64,000 bases of DNA, from NCBI GenBank assembly GCA_934454845.1, contig CAKSGV010000006.1, forward strand, positions 12,898 through 76,897. The letters are read 5' to 3'. This DNA is from an uncultured Eubacteriales bacterium (GTDB lineage Bacteria > Bacillota > Clostridia > Oscillospirales > Acutalibacteraceae). This document shows positions 21,736 to 29,405 of this stretch, one piece after another (the first letter of the stretch is position 1; every line of letters begins with the position of its first letter). The notes under the pieces were generated by a model. The model did not search any database, was not told the origin of the DNA, and was given only the letters and a program-made list of their open reading frames with translations. Position numbers and translations under genes: made by a program.

Positions 21736-22524
21736 TTAGATATGAAGTATAAATCTTCTCTCTAATTTACTAAATACAAGACAGCCTATAGCAAACACAC
21801 CGACAGAAAAGCCAAGGCAAATAAGGTTAAAAGAGAGTCCCGGAATTCTGCCGTACATTATAACATCTCTGAAATAGGTCACATAATAATACATCGGGTT
21901 TAAGTGAACGACTGTTTTGATAAAATCATGTCCCTCTAAAAGCTCGTCGGAGTAAAGGATAGGAGTAAGATACATCCACATCGTTAAAAGCACGCTGTAA
22001 AGATGAGCAACATCTCTGAAATACACTGTAACGGAGCTTAATATCAGGCACATTCCGCAGCAGAAAATAAAGCAGTAAATAATAGGCAGCGGGAAAAGAA
22101 GCGCCGTGAAAGTGGGATAAATACCCTGAATAAGCATAACCGCCACAGCGGCAATAAGAGAAAACAGGAAATTTATAAGTGAAAAAATACACTTCTCTAT
22201 CGGGAAAATATATTTAGGAATATATACCTTTTTTATTAGCGAGGAAGCTCCTATTACCGCGGTGAGCGAATTGGTGGTAGCCTCCGCAAAAAAGTTCCAC
22301 ATAGCGGCGCCGATGATATAGTAAGTCGCAAAATTTTCCACGCTTATTCTAAGAAGCATACGGAAAACATTGGTAAGAACTATCATCATAAGAAGCGGAT
22401 TTAAAACGCTCCAGGCAACGCCTAAAACAGAACGGCGGTATTTAATTTTAAAATCTTTTGAAACGAGATTTTTCAAAAGCGGAAGATATCTTTTAAAGTC
22501 ATTTAAAAATTTAGAATTTCCCAA
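21736..22524 (-). CDS. ABC-2 type transporter permease (TagG/Wzm-like)
   Basis: 262 aa with 6 TM segments and the N-terminal KDFKIKYRRSVLGVAWSVLNPLL motif typical of ABC-2 polysaccharide exporters. Confidence 0.86.
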   Translation of the reverse strand: MGNSKFLNDFKRYLPLLKNLVSKDFKIKYRRSVLGVAWSVLNPLLMMIVLTNVFRMLLRISVENFATYYIIGAAMWNFFAEATTNSLTAVIGASSLIKKVYIPKYIFPIEKCIFSLINFLFSLIAAVAVMLIQGIYPTFTALLFPLPIIYCFIFCCGMCLILSSVTVYFRDVAHLYSVLLTMWMYLTPILYSDELLEGHDFIKTVVHLNPMYYYVTYFRDVIMYGRIPGLSFNLICLGFSVGVFAIGCLVFSKLERRFILHI

Positions 22525-22615
22525 ATTTCAAACCATCCTTTACAGGAAAAATATAGCATACTTATAAACTTAAAATATTATACACAAAAGCGAAAAAAAA
22601 GTCAATCGATTTTAA

Positions 22616-22644
22616 TTGACTTGAAAGCCGCAGAGGCTTATAAT
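22616..22644 (+). promoter_or_regulatory. Putative sigma-A promoter (TTGACT-17-TATAAT)
   Basis: TTGACT 22616-22621, a 17 nt spacer, TATAAT 22639-22644, 30 nt upstream of the DUF218 gene. Confidence 0.55.
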
Positions 22645-22675
22645 ATTCTTCGAAAAGAACCGAAAGGCATTTATA

Positions 22676-23290
22676 ATGATATTCTTAAAAAAAATCAAAA
22701 AGTTAATTATAATAATACTGACTCTTATTTTGCTGATTGTTTTACTGCCTAATTTTTATGTTAGACTTATAGGCTCCGCGAGGATAAAAAAAGACTTATC
22801 CTCGGTTAAAAGCGCCGATTATATCCTCGTTTTGGGAGCCGGACTTAAAAGCGGGAAACCCAGCGATATGCTTCGCGACAGACTTGACACCGCAATAGAG
22901 CTTTATAATTCAGGTGTTTGCAAAAAGCTGCTTATGAGCGGCGATCACACCGATAAGTATTATGACGAAGTGAGCGCGATGAAAACTTACGCTGTGGAAA
23001 ACGGAGTTAAAGAATCCGATATCTATATGGATCACGCAGGAATTTCTACTTATGACAGTATGTATAGAGCAAAAAATCTGTTCAGTGCTAAAAAAATAAT
23101 AGTGGTAACTCAAAGGTATCACATTTACAGGGCTCTTTATATCGCTGAAAATCTCGGAATAGAAGCTTACGGCTCAGTTCCCGCTCCAAGACTTTATAAA
23201 GGCGCTGTTTACAGGGAAATAAGAGAAATTTTAGCAAGGGATAAGGACCTTTTAAAATGTATATTTAAGCCGAAGTCAAAAATTACCTGA
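22676..23290 (+). CDS. SanA/YdcF (DUF218) family envelope protein
   Basis: N-terminal TM helix, then YILVLGAGLKSGKPSDMLRDRLDTAIELYNSGVCKKLLMSGDH, characteristic of DUF218. Confidence 0.8.
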   Translation: MIFLKKIKKLIIIILTLILLIVLLPNFYVRLIGSARIKKDLSSVKSADYILVLGAGLKSGKPSDMLRDRLDTAIELYNSGVCKKLLMSGDHTDKYYDEVSAMKTYAVENGVKESDIYMDHAGISTYDSMYRAKNLFSAKKIIVVTQRYHIYRALYIAENLGIEAYGSVPAPRLYKGAVYREIREILARDKDLLKCIFKPKSKIT

Positions 23291-24109
23291 CAGATCCCTG
23301 TAATAATAAAAAATATACTGCTGAACTATTCCGCCGTATTTTAAAGCAAATTTAGGAATTTCGCCCCCGTAAAGGTCATTAATTGCGCGCTTTATCCAAA
23401 CATCTTTCGGAAAGGCCTCAAAATGGGAAAGCCCGAAAAGCAATGTGCAATCGGCAACTTTCGGGCCCACGCCCTTTATTTTCATAAGTTGCTCTCTTGC
23501 AGAGTTGATATCCGTATTTTTAAGACTTAAAAGATCTATTTCTTTTGAGGCAACTTTTTTTGCCGCGTCTATAATATACCCTGCCCTGAATCCCGCTCTT
23601 AAAACGGATAAGTCTTCGGGATTTAGATCCGCTAATTTTGAAGCTGAGGGGAAAGTATATCCGTTTTCACATTTCTCGCCGAAATTTTCACAAAGTCTTG
23701 AAATTATTTTTTTTATCCTCGGAATATTATTATTTTGAGAAATGATAAAAGAGCAGAGCGTTTCCCACGGCTCCTGATTAAGAATTCTTATGCCGCTTCC
23801 GAAAGAAGCGGCTTTTTTTAATATCGGATCGGCGCTTATCTCCTCTATTATTGCCGAATAATCTCTGCTTAGATCAAAATAATCGCTGAAAAACGAAGAA
23901 AAAAGTTCCTCATTTACACCGTTTAATATTATGTCTTCGCCGGATTTTAAAACCTCAATATATTTATTATAAACAACCGCTCCCCAGGCATTTTTATCCT
24001 CAAGATATTCCCACCTGAAAGCCTGTCCGCAGTCAAAGGTCTGCTTTAAATCGAAATTTTTGACATTTTTAAGAATTGTTCTGTCTTTTTCAAATTTTGT
24101 TGAAATCAT
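23276..24109 (-). CDS. ogg: 8-oxoguanine DNA glycosylase / HhH-GPD base-excision glycosylase
   Basis: The OGG N-terminal pattern FDLKQTFDCGQAFRW, plus HhH-GPD (IKGVGPKVADCTLLFG...FPKDVW). Confidence 0.84.
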   Translation of the reverse strand: MISTKFEKDRTILKNVKNFDLKQTFDCGQAFRWEYLEDKNAWGAVVYNKYIEVLKSGEDIILNGVNEELFSSFFSDYFDLSRDYSAIIEEISADPILKKAASFGSGIRILNQEPWETLCSFIISQNNNIPRIKKIISRLCENFGEKCENGYTFPSASKLADLNPEDLSVLRAGFRAGYIIDAAKKVASKEIDLLSLKNTDINSAREQLMKIKGVGPKVADCTLLFGLSHFEAFPKDVWIKRAINDLYGGEIPKFALKYGGIVQQYIFYYYRDLSGNF

Positions 24110-24183
24110 ATTTCATTCTCCTTGATTTAAATTTTATCAAAGGATCATTTCTTTGTCAACAATTTACATAAATTCGACATTTA

Positions 24184-24262
24184 GTTAACGGTGGATAAAA
24201 AACAGCTTTAAAACAGGGAGTTTTTAAAGCTTTCCACCGAGTTATCCACATTTTTATGTTAA
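24184..24262. promoter_or_regulatory. Large imperfect palindrome carrying two inverted DnaA-box-like 9-mers
   Basis: GTTAAC-GGTGGATAA(24190-24198, the complement of TTATCCACC)...AGCTTTAAAA/TTTTAAAGCT...TTATCCACA(24242-24250, perfect consensus)...GTTAAC. It lies in the divergent ogg / 24320 intergenic region. Confidence 0.4.
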
Positions 24263-24319
24263 CCTGAATAAAAATTTACGATTTAGTACAAAATAGCATT
24301 AAATTACGGAGGTTTTCAG

Positions 24320-24595
24320 ATGGTAAAGGGAGTTAATAAAACAGTTATCGAGATCAATGATACCGGCAGTCCTTTTTTTGAAAAAGTAGTTTTTTATGTT
24401 TCTTCTCAGTTCGGAAATATGAGCGCAAAACAGCTTGAAAACGCTGCGTCAGCCTTTGCGCAAGGTCTTAGCGATAAAAATGCTAATAAAAGATCTCCGA
24501 GAAAAAGAGTAAGACTTAAAAAATGGGTCAAGGTTTTGCTTTTTGTAATGTGCGGAATTATTATTACGGCCGCGGGAGCGCTTATTTTCTTTTGA
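24320..24595 (+). CDS. Small membrane-anchored protein, unknown function
   Basis: 91 aa, SD GGAGG 8 nt upstream, a soluble N-terminus, a basic stretch, then a C-terminal TM helix. It has its own terminator. Confidence 0.55.
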   Translation: MVKGVNKTVIEINDTGSPFFEKVVFYVSSQFGNMSAKQLENAASAFAQGLSDKNANKRSPRKRVRLKKWVKVLLFVMCGIIITAAGALIFF

Positions 24596-24602
24596 TTTTC
24601 TT

Positions 24603-24646
24603 AAATGCAAGGTAATTTTTAAATTACCTTGCATTTTTCTTTTATT
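24603..24646 (+). terminator. Intrinsic terminator
   Basis: AAATGCAAGGTAATTT / AAATTACCTTGCATTT hairpin, followed by a T-rich tract. Confidence 0.75.
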
Positions 24647-24692
24647 TATGATAAAATTTTTTGTATATTATTAAGAAAAAACGGAGTTTTTT

Positions 24693-25430
24693 ATGAAACG
24701 GGATATTTTGGTTTCGGCAAAATTGTTTTTTAAGCTGCTGCTTGTTTCTGTATTCTGCATTTTCGCAGTTTTGGGAATAAGCCTTCTTTGCAATAATTTT
24801 TTCGTTGATAAAATAGGTTACACGGCTTACGGCGTTAAAAGCGAAGGCGAAAATACCATTAAGCTTTACGAATATAGGTATTCTGACGGTGAGGATACCC
24901 TTAAAAATGAATACGAAGATAAAGGCTACACCATCACAACTATGGCAAATAATAAGCTGACTAAAACAGGTTATGCTATTTTTTCAGTTGCTGTAGGAGC
25001 TATAAATATTGCGGTTATTTTCGGATTCGCCTACCCTAAGATCAAGCAGATAGGATTATCGGATCAGAATCTTTTTTCCTGCGGAAGAAAAAAGAAGGAT
25101 ATTTTAAAAGGCTTAAAGATAGGTCTTATGTCAAATGTGCCGAATTTTATTTTTCTGCTGCTTATTTTTGCTCTTAAAAATTCCGCTCTTAAGGATTTTA
25201 ATATGACCTTTTATAAATGGTCGGTTTGCTACCTTTACGCGCCTTTAGATCTGGTCTTAGGCTCCGGAAAAGTTACGGCGGCAAATGTTTCAGGCACTCA
25301 ATATTTTGTGCTTTTTCTGATACAGCTTATTATCCCTGTAATTTGCACTCTTGCTTATATTTCGGGATTTAAAAATTTCTCACTTTCGGAAAAACTCGTT
25401 TATGTTAATAAAAAAGGAGATAAAAAATAA
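24693..25430 (+). CDS. Polytopic membrane protein, unknown function
   Basis: 245 aa with 4-5 hydrophobic segments. Its stop overlaps the start of the next gene (TAATG). Confidence 0.6.
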   Translation: MKRDILVSAKLFFKLLLVSVFCIFAVLGISLLCNNFFVDKIGYTAYGVKSEGENTIKLYEYRYSDGEDTLKNEYEDKGYTITTMANNKLTKTGYAIFSVAVGAINIAVIFGFAYPKIKQIGLSDQNLFSCGRKKKDILKGLKIGLMSNVPNFIFLLLIFALKNSALKDFNMTFYKWSVCYLYAPLDLVLGSGKVTAANVSGTQYFVLFLIQLIIPVICTLAYISGFKNFSLSEKLVYVNKKGDKK

Positions 25431-26257
25431 TGGCTGGCTTTTTAGGCTTTGGAAATTACGAAAAAGAAGGTCCCGGAATCAGTAAAAACGCTCCTAAAAA
25501 AAAGCCGTTTTTCGCTTTTTTCGAAACATATTTCAGGAATGCCTGGAGATTTGTAACTTTAAATACAGTTTATATTCTGTGCTGTATTCCTGTTCTTTCC
25601 GTAGGTCTTGCTAATGCCGGAATAACAAATGTAACAAGAAATATAGCACGCGATAAACATTCCTTCGGGTTAAGCGATTACTTTGAAACCATTAAAAAGA
25701 ATTGGAAGCAAAGTTTGATAGTCGGAATTTTCAATCTGATTTTAACTGTGCTGATATCCTACGGATCTTACTATTATTATTTTCATCAGTCAAAAAACAA
25801 AGCGATAAATTTCACCGATTCGCTCGGATTCGGAATTTGCATTTTCGCGGCTTTTGTTTTTACCGTTATGCAGTATTATATGTGGACTATGCTTATAACA
25901 TTTAAGCTTTCGATAAAAAATATTTATAAAAACAGCTTTAAATTTGTTTTTATAAATCTTAAGAATAACTTTATCTGCTTTTTCTCAATGATATTGGTTT
26001 ATGCGCTTTTTGTAGGTGTTTTATTACTTATATCACTTGTAAATTTCCCGCTCGCCGTTGCGGTCACCGCAGTGCTTGCGATCTGCTTTTTGCCGGCGTT
26101 CAGATTTTTGCTTATTCAGTTCTGCACTTTCCCGGCAATCAAAAAATATATGATAGATCCATATTATGAGGAGCACCCGAACGACGATATCGAGCTTCGC
26201 AGAAACCTTGGCTTAGAAATTCCCGGCGATGAAGATGAGGAAGAGGATTCAGAATAA
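25430..26257 (+). CDS. YesL/DUF624 family membrane protein
   Basis: FFETYFRNAWRFVTLNTVYILCCIPVLSVGLANAG matches the DUF624 N-terminal pattern. The C-terminal tail is acidic. Confidence 0.68.
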   Translation: MAGFLGFGNYEKEGPGISKNAPKKKPFFAFFETYFRNAWRFVTLNTVYILCCIPVLSVGLANAGITNVTRNIARDKHSFGLSDYFETIKKNWKQSLIVGIFNLILTVLISYGSYYYYFHQSKNKAINFTDSLGFGICIFAAFVFTVMQYYMWTMLITFKLSIKNIYKNSFKFVFINLKNNFICFFSMILVYALFVGVLLLISLVNFPLAVAVTAVLAICFLPAFRFLLIQFCTFPAIKKYMIDPYYEEHPNDDIELRRNLGLEIPGDEDEEEDSE

Positions 26258-26266
26258 TAAAATAAT

Positions 26267-26305
26267 AAATACGGAGCATTTAAAATGCTCCGTATTTATT
26301 ATTTT
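26267..26305 (+). terminator. Intrinsic terminator
   Basis: AAATACGGAGCAT / ATGCTCCGTATTT hairpin followed by ATTATTTTAT. Confidence 0.75.
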
Positions 26306-26403
26306 ATGTAGCGTCTTTTTTTATTCCGAAAATCATTCTTAAAAAACCGCATAAAATTTTAGGACTTTTAATTAATACCACTTTCATAAAATTACCTCCC
26401 GGT

Positions 26404-26550
26404 TTATCTTTTTGAACACGAGCAACCGAGTATAATAACCCAGATTGCAAGTATTGCAATCAAGCACTTCGGCGGGCAAAAACAGCTTACAAGCAAACCG
26501 ACAGCAAAGGTTATCGCCACAATTCCTTTATTGCTTTTACCGCGTCGCAT
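26404..26550 (-). CDS. Candidate 48-aa Cys-rich two-helix membrane peptide (below the ORF-track cutoff)
   Basis: Hand translation gives MRRGKSNKGIVAITFAVGLLVSCFCPPKCLIAILAIWVIILGCSCSKR. A G-run SD-like element lies 5 nt upstream, and a TATAAT lies about 20 nt upstream on the same strand. Confidence 0.4.
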   Translation of the reverse strand: MRRGKSNKGIVAITFAVGLLVSCFCPPKCLIAILAIWVIILGCSCSKR

Positions 26551-26618
26551 TCACAGCCCCCCCGACTAATAACATTATAATCAAATTAAATAAAAATGTT
26601 ACAAATCGGCGTTTTAAC

Positions 26619-26647
26619 TTGACTTTTTAATTGTTTTAAAGTAAAAT
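26619..26647 (+). promoter_or_regulatory. Putative promoter of tRNA-Leu (TTGACT-17-TAAAAT)
   Basis: TTGACT 26619-26624, a 17 nt spacer, TAAAAT 26642-26647, 12 nt before the tRNA 5' end. Confidence 0.55.
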
Positions 26648-26659
26648 AATAAATATTCT

Positions 26660-26743
26660 GCGGATGTGGCGGAATTGGCAGACGCGCCAGACTTAGGATC
26701 TGGTGATTTCATCGTGGGGGTTCAAGTCCCTTCATCCGCACCA
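26660..26743 (+). tRNA. tRNA-Leu (anticodon UAG), CCA encoded
   Basis: Acceptor GCGGATG/CATCCGC, anticodon stem CCAGA/TCTGG with loop CTTAGGA, a long variable arm, T-loop TTCAAGT, and a terminal ACCA. Confidence 0.92.
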
Positions 26744-26750
26744 AACAAAA

Positions 26751-26780
26751 ATCCGTTCTCTTCTGAGAGCGGATTTTTTG
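26751..26780 (+). terminator. Intrinsic terminator after tRNA-Leu
   Basis: ATCCGTTCTC-ttct-GAGAGCGGAT followed by TTTTTGTTT. Confidence 0.72.
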
Positions 26781-26829
26781 TTTGTATTATTCAGTTTTAA
26801 ATTTTCATTTTTAAGTATTCATTAATTAA

Positions 26830-27486
26830 ATGAGGATTTTAAAAATGTCGGTGAATGTCGTATTTGAAACAGCTATAATTATATTGCCCGAACGAAAGAG
26901 AGGTGATATAATGGGAATGGATATTTTTGCTTATCTACTGTTACAAATAATTAACGGTTCAAATTGGAATCCGGAATTTGCCGAAAGTAGTAAATATAAA
27001 AATTGGATAGCCATTTTAGATTTAAAGACATGCTATGAATGCAGAAGTCGCCATGGAAAGATTTGGTTGATAAATGAAGAGACTGATAAAGAACCACCAT
27101 TGCATAATAGGTGCAGATGTAGTATACTTGTTATGAAAACAGTGAAATCCGGAACTGCTACAATTAATGGAAAAGATGGTGCAGACTGGACGCTCAAACA
27201 TGAATCAAAATTACCTGATTATTATATCGAATATAAGGAAGCTGAAAAATTAGGGTTTAAAAACTTTTTAGGTAATCTAAGTGTAGTGGTACCTGACCGC
27301 ATGATAACAAGAGGTGTATATAAGAATCGTAATGGTCATTTACCAAGTAAACAAGGTAGAATTTGGTATGAAGCTGATATCAATTATAAAGGCGGATTTC
27401 GAGACGGTCAAAGAATAATATATTCCAATGATGGATTAATATTTGTTTCGTATGACCATTATCAAACATTTTTTGAAATTGTATAG
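26830..27486 (+). CDS. Polymorphic-toxin-like protein: short phage MuF/SPP1-gp7 C-terminal motif fused to a barnase-family RNase
   Basis: WIAILDLKTCYECRSRHGKIW...EPPLHNRCRCSI is the MuF (Phage_Mu_F) signature. The C-terminal ~110 aa align to barnase (KLPDYYI..EAEKLGF...NRNGHLPSKQGRIWYEADINYKGGFRDGQRIIYSNDGLIFVSYDHYQTFFEI), with catalytic E, R, R and H retained. The true start may be ATG 26845 or 26911; both have SD-like sequences. Confidence 0.86.
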   Translation: MRILKMSVNVVFETAIIILPERKRGDIMGMDIFAYLLLQIINGSNWNPEFAESSKYKNWIAILDLKTCYECRSRHGKIWLINEETDKEPPLHNRCRCSILVMKTVKSGTATINGKDGADWTLKHESKLPDYYIEYKEAEKLGFKNFLGNLSVVVPDRMITRGVYKNRNGHLPSKQGRIWYEADINYKGGFRDGQRIIYSNDGLIFVSYDHYQTFFEIV

Positions 27487-27495
27487 GAGGAAAAA

Positions 27496-27816
27496 ATGAA
27501 CTACAATGATTATTATAAGTTTAAAGAAATAACAGAAAATCCCATTATATTGGATTTTTCCGAATGCAAATATTTAGGCGAAATTCACCTAATGCTTAAA
27601 GAAAAGTTTGGCTTGCCCGAATATTACGGGGAAAATTGGGATGCTCTTTGGGATTGTTTGGACGGTTTGTTTTATGAACGTGAAAATTTCTCTGCAGAAC
27701 TTCACGGATTTTATTCCATGAAAAAAGAATTACAAGATGAATGCAAATTGATGTTAGAAGTTTTTGATGATGTTCATAAAGAAACTCCGAATTTTGAGTA
27801 TAAAATTATATCATAA
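27496..27816 (+). CDS. Barstar-family RNase inhibitor (immunity protein)
   Basis: LPEYYGENWDALWDCL matches the barstar barnase-binding helix (LPEYYGENLDALWDCL in B. amyloliquefaciens barstar). GGAGG lies 4 nt upstream and the gene starts 9 nt after the toxin stop. Confidence 0.9.
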   Translation: MNYNDYYKFKEITENPIILDFSECKYLGEIHLMLKEKFGLPEYYGENWDALWDCLDGLFYERENFSAELHGFYSMKKELQDECKLMLEVFDDVHKETPNFEYKIIS

Positions 27817-27900
27817 ATTTTTTTATTAAATGTTGCAAGACTTCAAATATCTCGCTCTCCGCATAATCGGACAAAAATATCTTTTTTGTAGTTTCTTCAC

Positions 27901-27945
27901 AAAACCCGGCAAGTATCAAAAGATACTTGCCGGGTTTTTATTGAT
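27901..27945 (+). terminator. Strong intrinsic terminator after the toxin/immunity pair
   Basis: AAAACCCGGCAAGTATC-aaaa-GATACTTGCCGGGTTTTT. Confidence 0.82.
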
Positions 27946-28069
27946 AATTCATTTGTATTCCGCAAATATATACGGAACACGGATCAGTTATCATTATTTT
28001 TTTATATAGATCTGTACTGTCAAAGGCGGGAGAAATGGTCACTCCTCAGAACAGTCTGCCCGATAAGCA

Positions 28070-28110
28070 ATCGGTTACAGGTAAAAATTTACCTGTAACC
28101 GATATTTTTT
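28070..28110. terminator. Hairpin terminator at the 3' end of the secreted-protein gene
   Basis: ATCGGTTACAGGTAAA-aat-TTACCTGTAACCGAT with a T-run on the plus side. It directly abuts the stop at 28109. Confidence 0.55.
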
Positions 28111-28645
28111 AGTCGATCTTTACTGTTACTGTTCCGATTTCAGTATTGTCAGCAGTATCCTTTGAAAGCTTGCCCGAAAGAACTAACTGAGCAGATTCAG
28201 AAGGCGCATTATCATAATTTCCTAAAGCAAGCTCGGCCGCAGATCCGAGCGCAAACGAAGTTTTTTCAGTTCCGCTTATCATAAAAGAGCCGTTAACATC
28301 TTCAAAGCCTGAATTTTTATCATAGGTAAAGTTAGCGTTTATCGCGGCATTTGAGTGATTTTTAACGGTGATCTTATTGCCGGTTGAATTCCAGCTGCCG
28401 GCAGTTGCGCCTGTATAAGAATGAGTTTCCGGATTCCATTGACCTTCAGAGGCGTCTTTAAAAGTATAGCTTAATTCCTCCCAGGTGATGTCAACACTGT
28501 AAATAGTGTCGCTTGACGAACCAGCCTGATAGCTCGCCTTTACGCTGTGAGAATCACTTTCGCCTGCAGTGAGGGCCAATGCTGAAAAAGAGCTTACAGA
28601 GCAAGCGATCGCCACAGCTAAAACTAATGCTAAATATTTTTTCAT
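28109..28645 (-). CDS. Secreted protein, unknown function (Sec signal peptide, beta-rich)
   Basis: MKKYLALVLAVAIACSVSSFSALA signal peptide. The mature part is rich in S/T/N/G with alternating hydrophobic residues. I recognise no named domain. Confidence 0.6.
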   Translation of the reverse strand: MKKYLALVLAVAIACSVSSFSALALTAGESDSHSVKASYQAGSSSDTIYSVDITWEELSYTFKDASEGQWNPETHSYTGATAGSWNSTGNKITVKNHSNAAINANFTYDKNSGFEDVNGSFMISGTEKTSFALGSAAELALGNYDNAPSESAQLVLSGKLSKDTADNTEIGTVTVKID

Positions 28646-28738
28646 AATCTTTCTTCCTTTCTGAAAAAATCGGTTTTTTATATTAATCCGCCTTTAAAGC
28701 GCCGCCTTTGCCGGAGCCTTATGCGGTCAATATCTTAC

Positions 28739-29284
28739 TTAATCGGCAACAGTTACCGTCACGGGAATTTCGGTGTTTACTTTTGCCGCTTCCCCGCTTT
28801 GCCTGTCAAAATAAGATATAACGAATTTACTTTCATACTCCCCTGCCTGCAATAAATTTTCAGTCCCTTTTAAAAGGTCAAGCTTAGTTACTTTATTACC
28901 GGGAGAAAGAGTACCCGATTTCATAACAACGGTGTCTTTTATAACGAGCTGTAATACAACATCGTGCGTCGATTTAGAGGGGTTCGCAAACAATAAAGCT
29001 ACTTTTTTATCCGAAAGATCTATGCTGACGGCTTTTGAATATGTCAAAGATACCGCTCCTCCGCCATTAGGCGCCGATAATTTAGAAGAATTATCATCGC
29101 CTATAGGCTCTGCGCTGATTTCGGAAGATTTAGGAGCTTTATCGGGAGTAAGCTTAGATGATGACTTCCCTGATTTTTTAAAAAACATTGCAAAAACCGT
29201 TACACTGAATAAAAAAAGCAAAAGCAACAAGAGCAGTAAAAGCAAAATCCGGCGCTTTTTACTTTTCTTTTTCTCATTTTCCAT
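28739..29284 (-). CDS. N-terminally anchored extracytoplasmic protein, unknown function
   Basis: Basic N-terminus, a poly-Leu TM helix, an S/K-rich linker, and a ~100 aa beta-rich C-terminal domain. Confidence 0.6.
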   Translation of the reverse strand: MENEKKKSKKRRILLLLLLLLLLFLFSVTVFAMFFKKSGKSSSKLTPDKAPKSSEISAEPIGDDNSSKLSAPNGGGAVSLTYSKAVSIDLSDKKVALLFANPSKSTHDVVLQLVIKDTVVMKSGTLSPGNKVTKLDLLKGTENLLQAGEYESKFVISYFDRQSGEAAKVNTEIPVTVTVAD

Positions 29285-29319
29285 TATCAGCTGCCCTCCA
29301 AATTACCGCAGTTTTTAAC

Positions 29320-29377
29320 TTGACAACAGTATGTTATGTTCACTATAATAAGAGTATAACACGTTCACCCCTGAACG
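29320..29377 (+). promoter_or_regulatory. Putative promoter (TTGACA-18-TATAAT) plus a downstream CGTTCA-N4-TGAACG dyad
   Basis: TTGACA 29320-29325, TATAAT 29344-29349, and a perfect 6+6 inverted repeat at 29362-29377 between the promoter and the merR-family start. Confidence 0.4.
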
Positions 29378-29405
29378 AATCAAGAGCAAAAAGGAGAAAA
29401 TTTTA

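Noticed and set aside
26304-26387. 27-aa ORF (MKVVLIKSPKILCGFLRMIFGIKKDAT) with a strong GGAGG SD on the minus strand.
   Set aside because: It is very short, overlaps the terminator hairpin of the convergent DUF624 gene, and has no recognisable motif. It is kept only as a note under the small-peptide finding.
29215-29262. Low-complexity AGCAAAAGCAACAAGAGCAGTAAAAGCAAAA tract resembling a microsatellite.
   Set aside because: It is the reverse complement of the poly-Leu/Phe codons of the TM anchor of the 181-aa protein, so it is coding low complexity rather than a repeat element.
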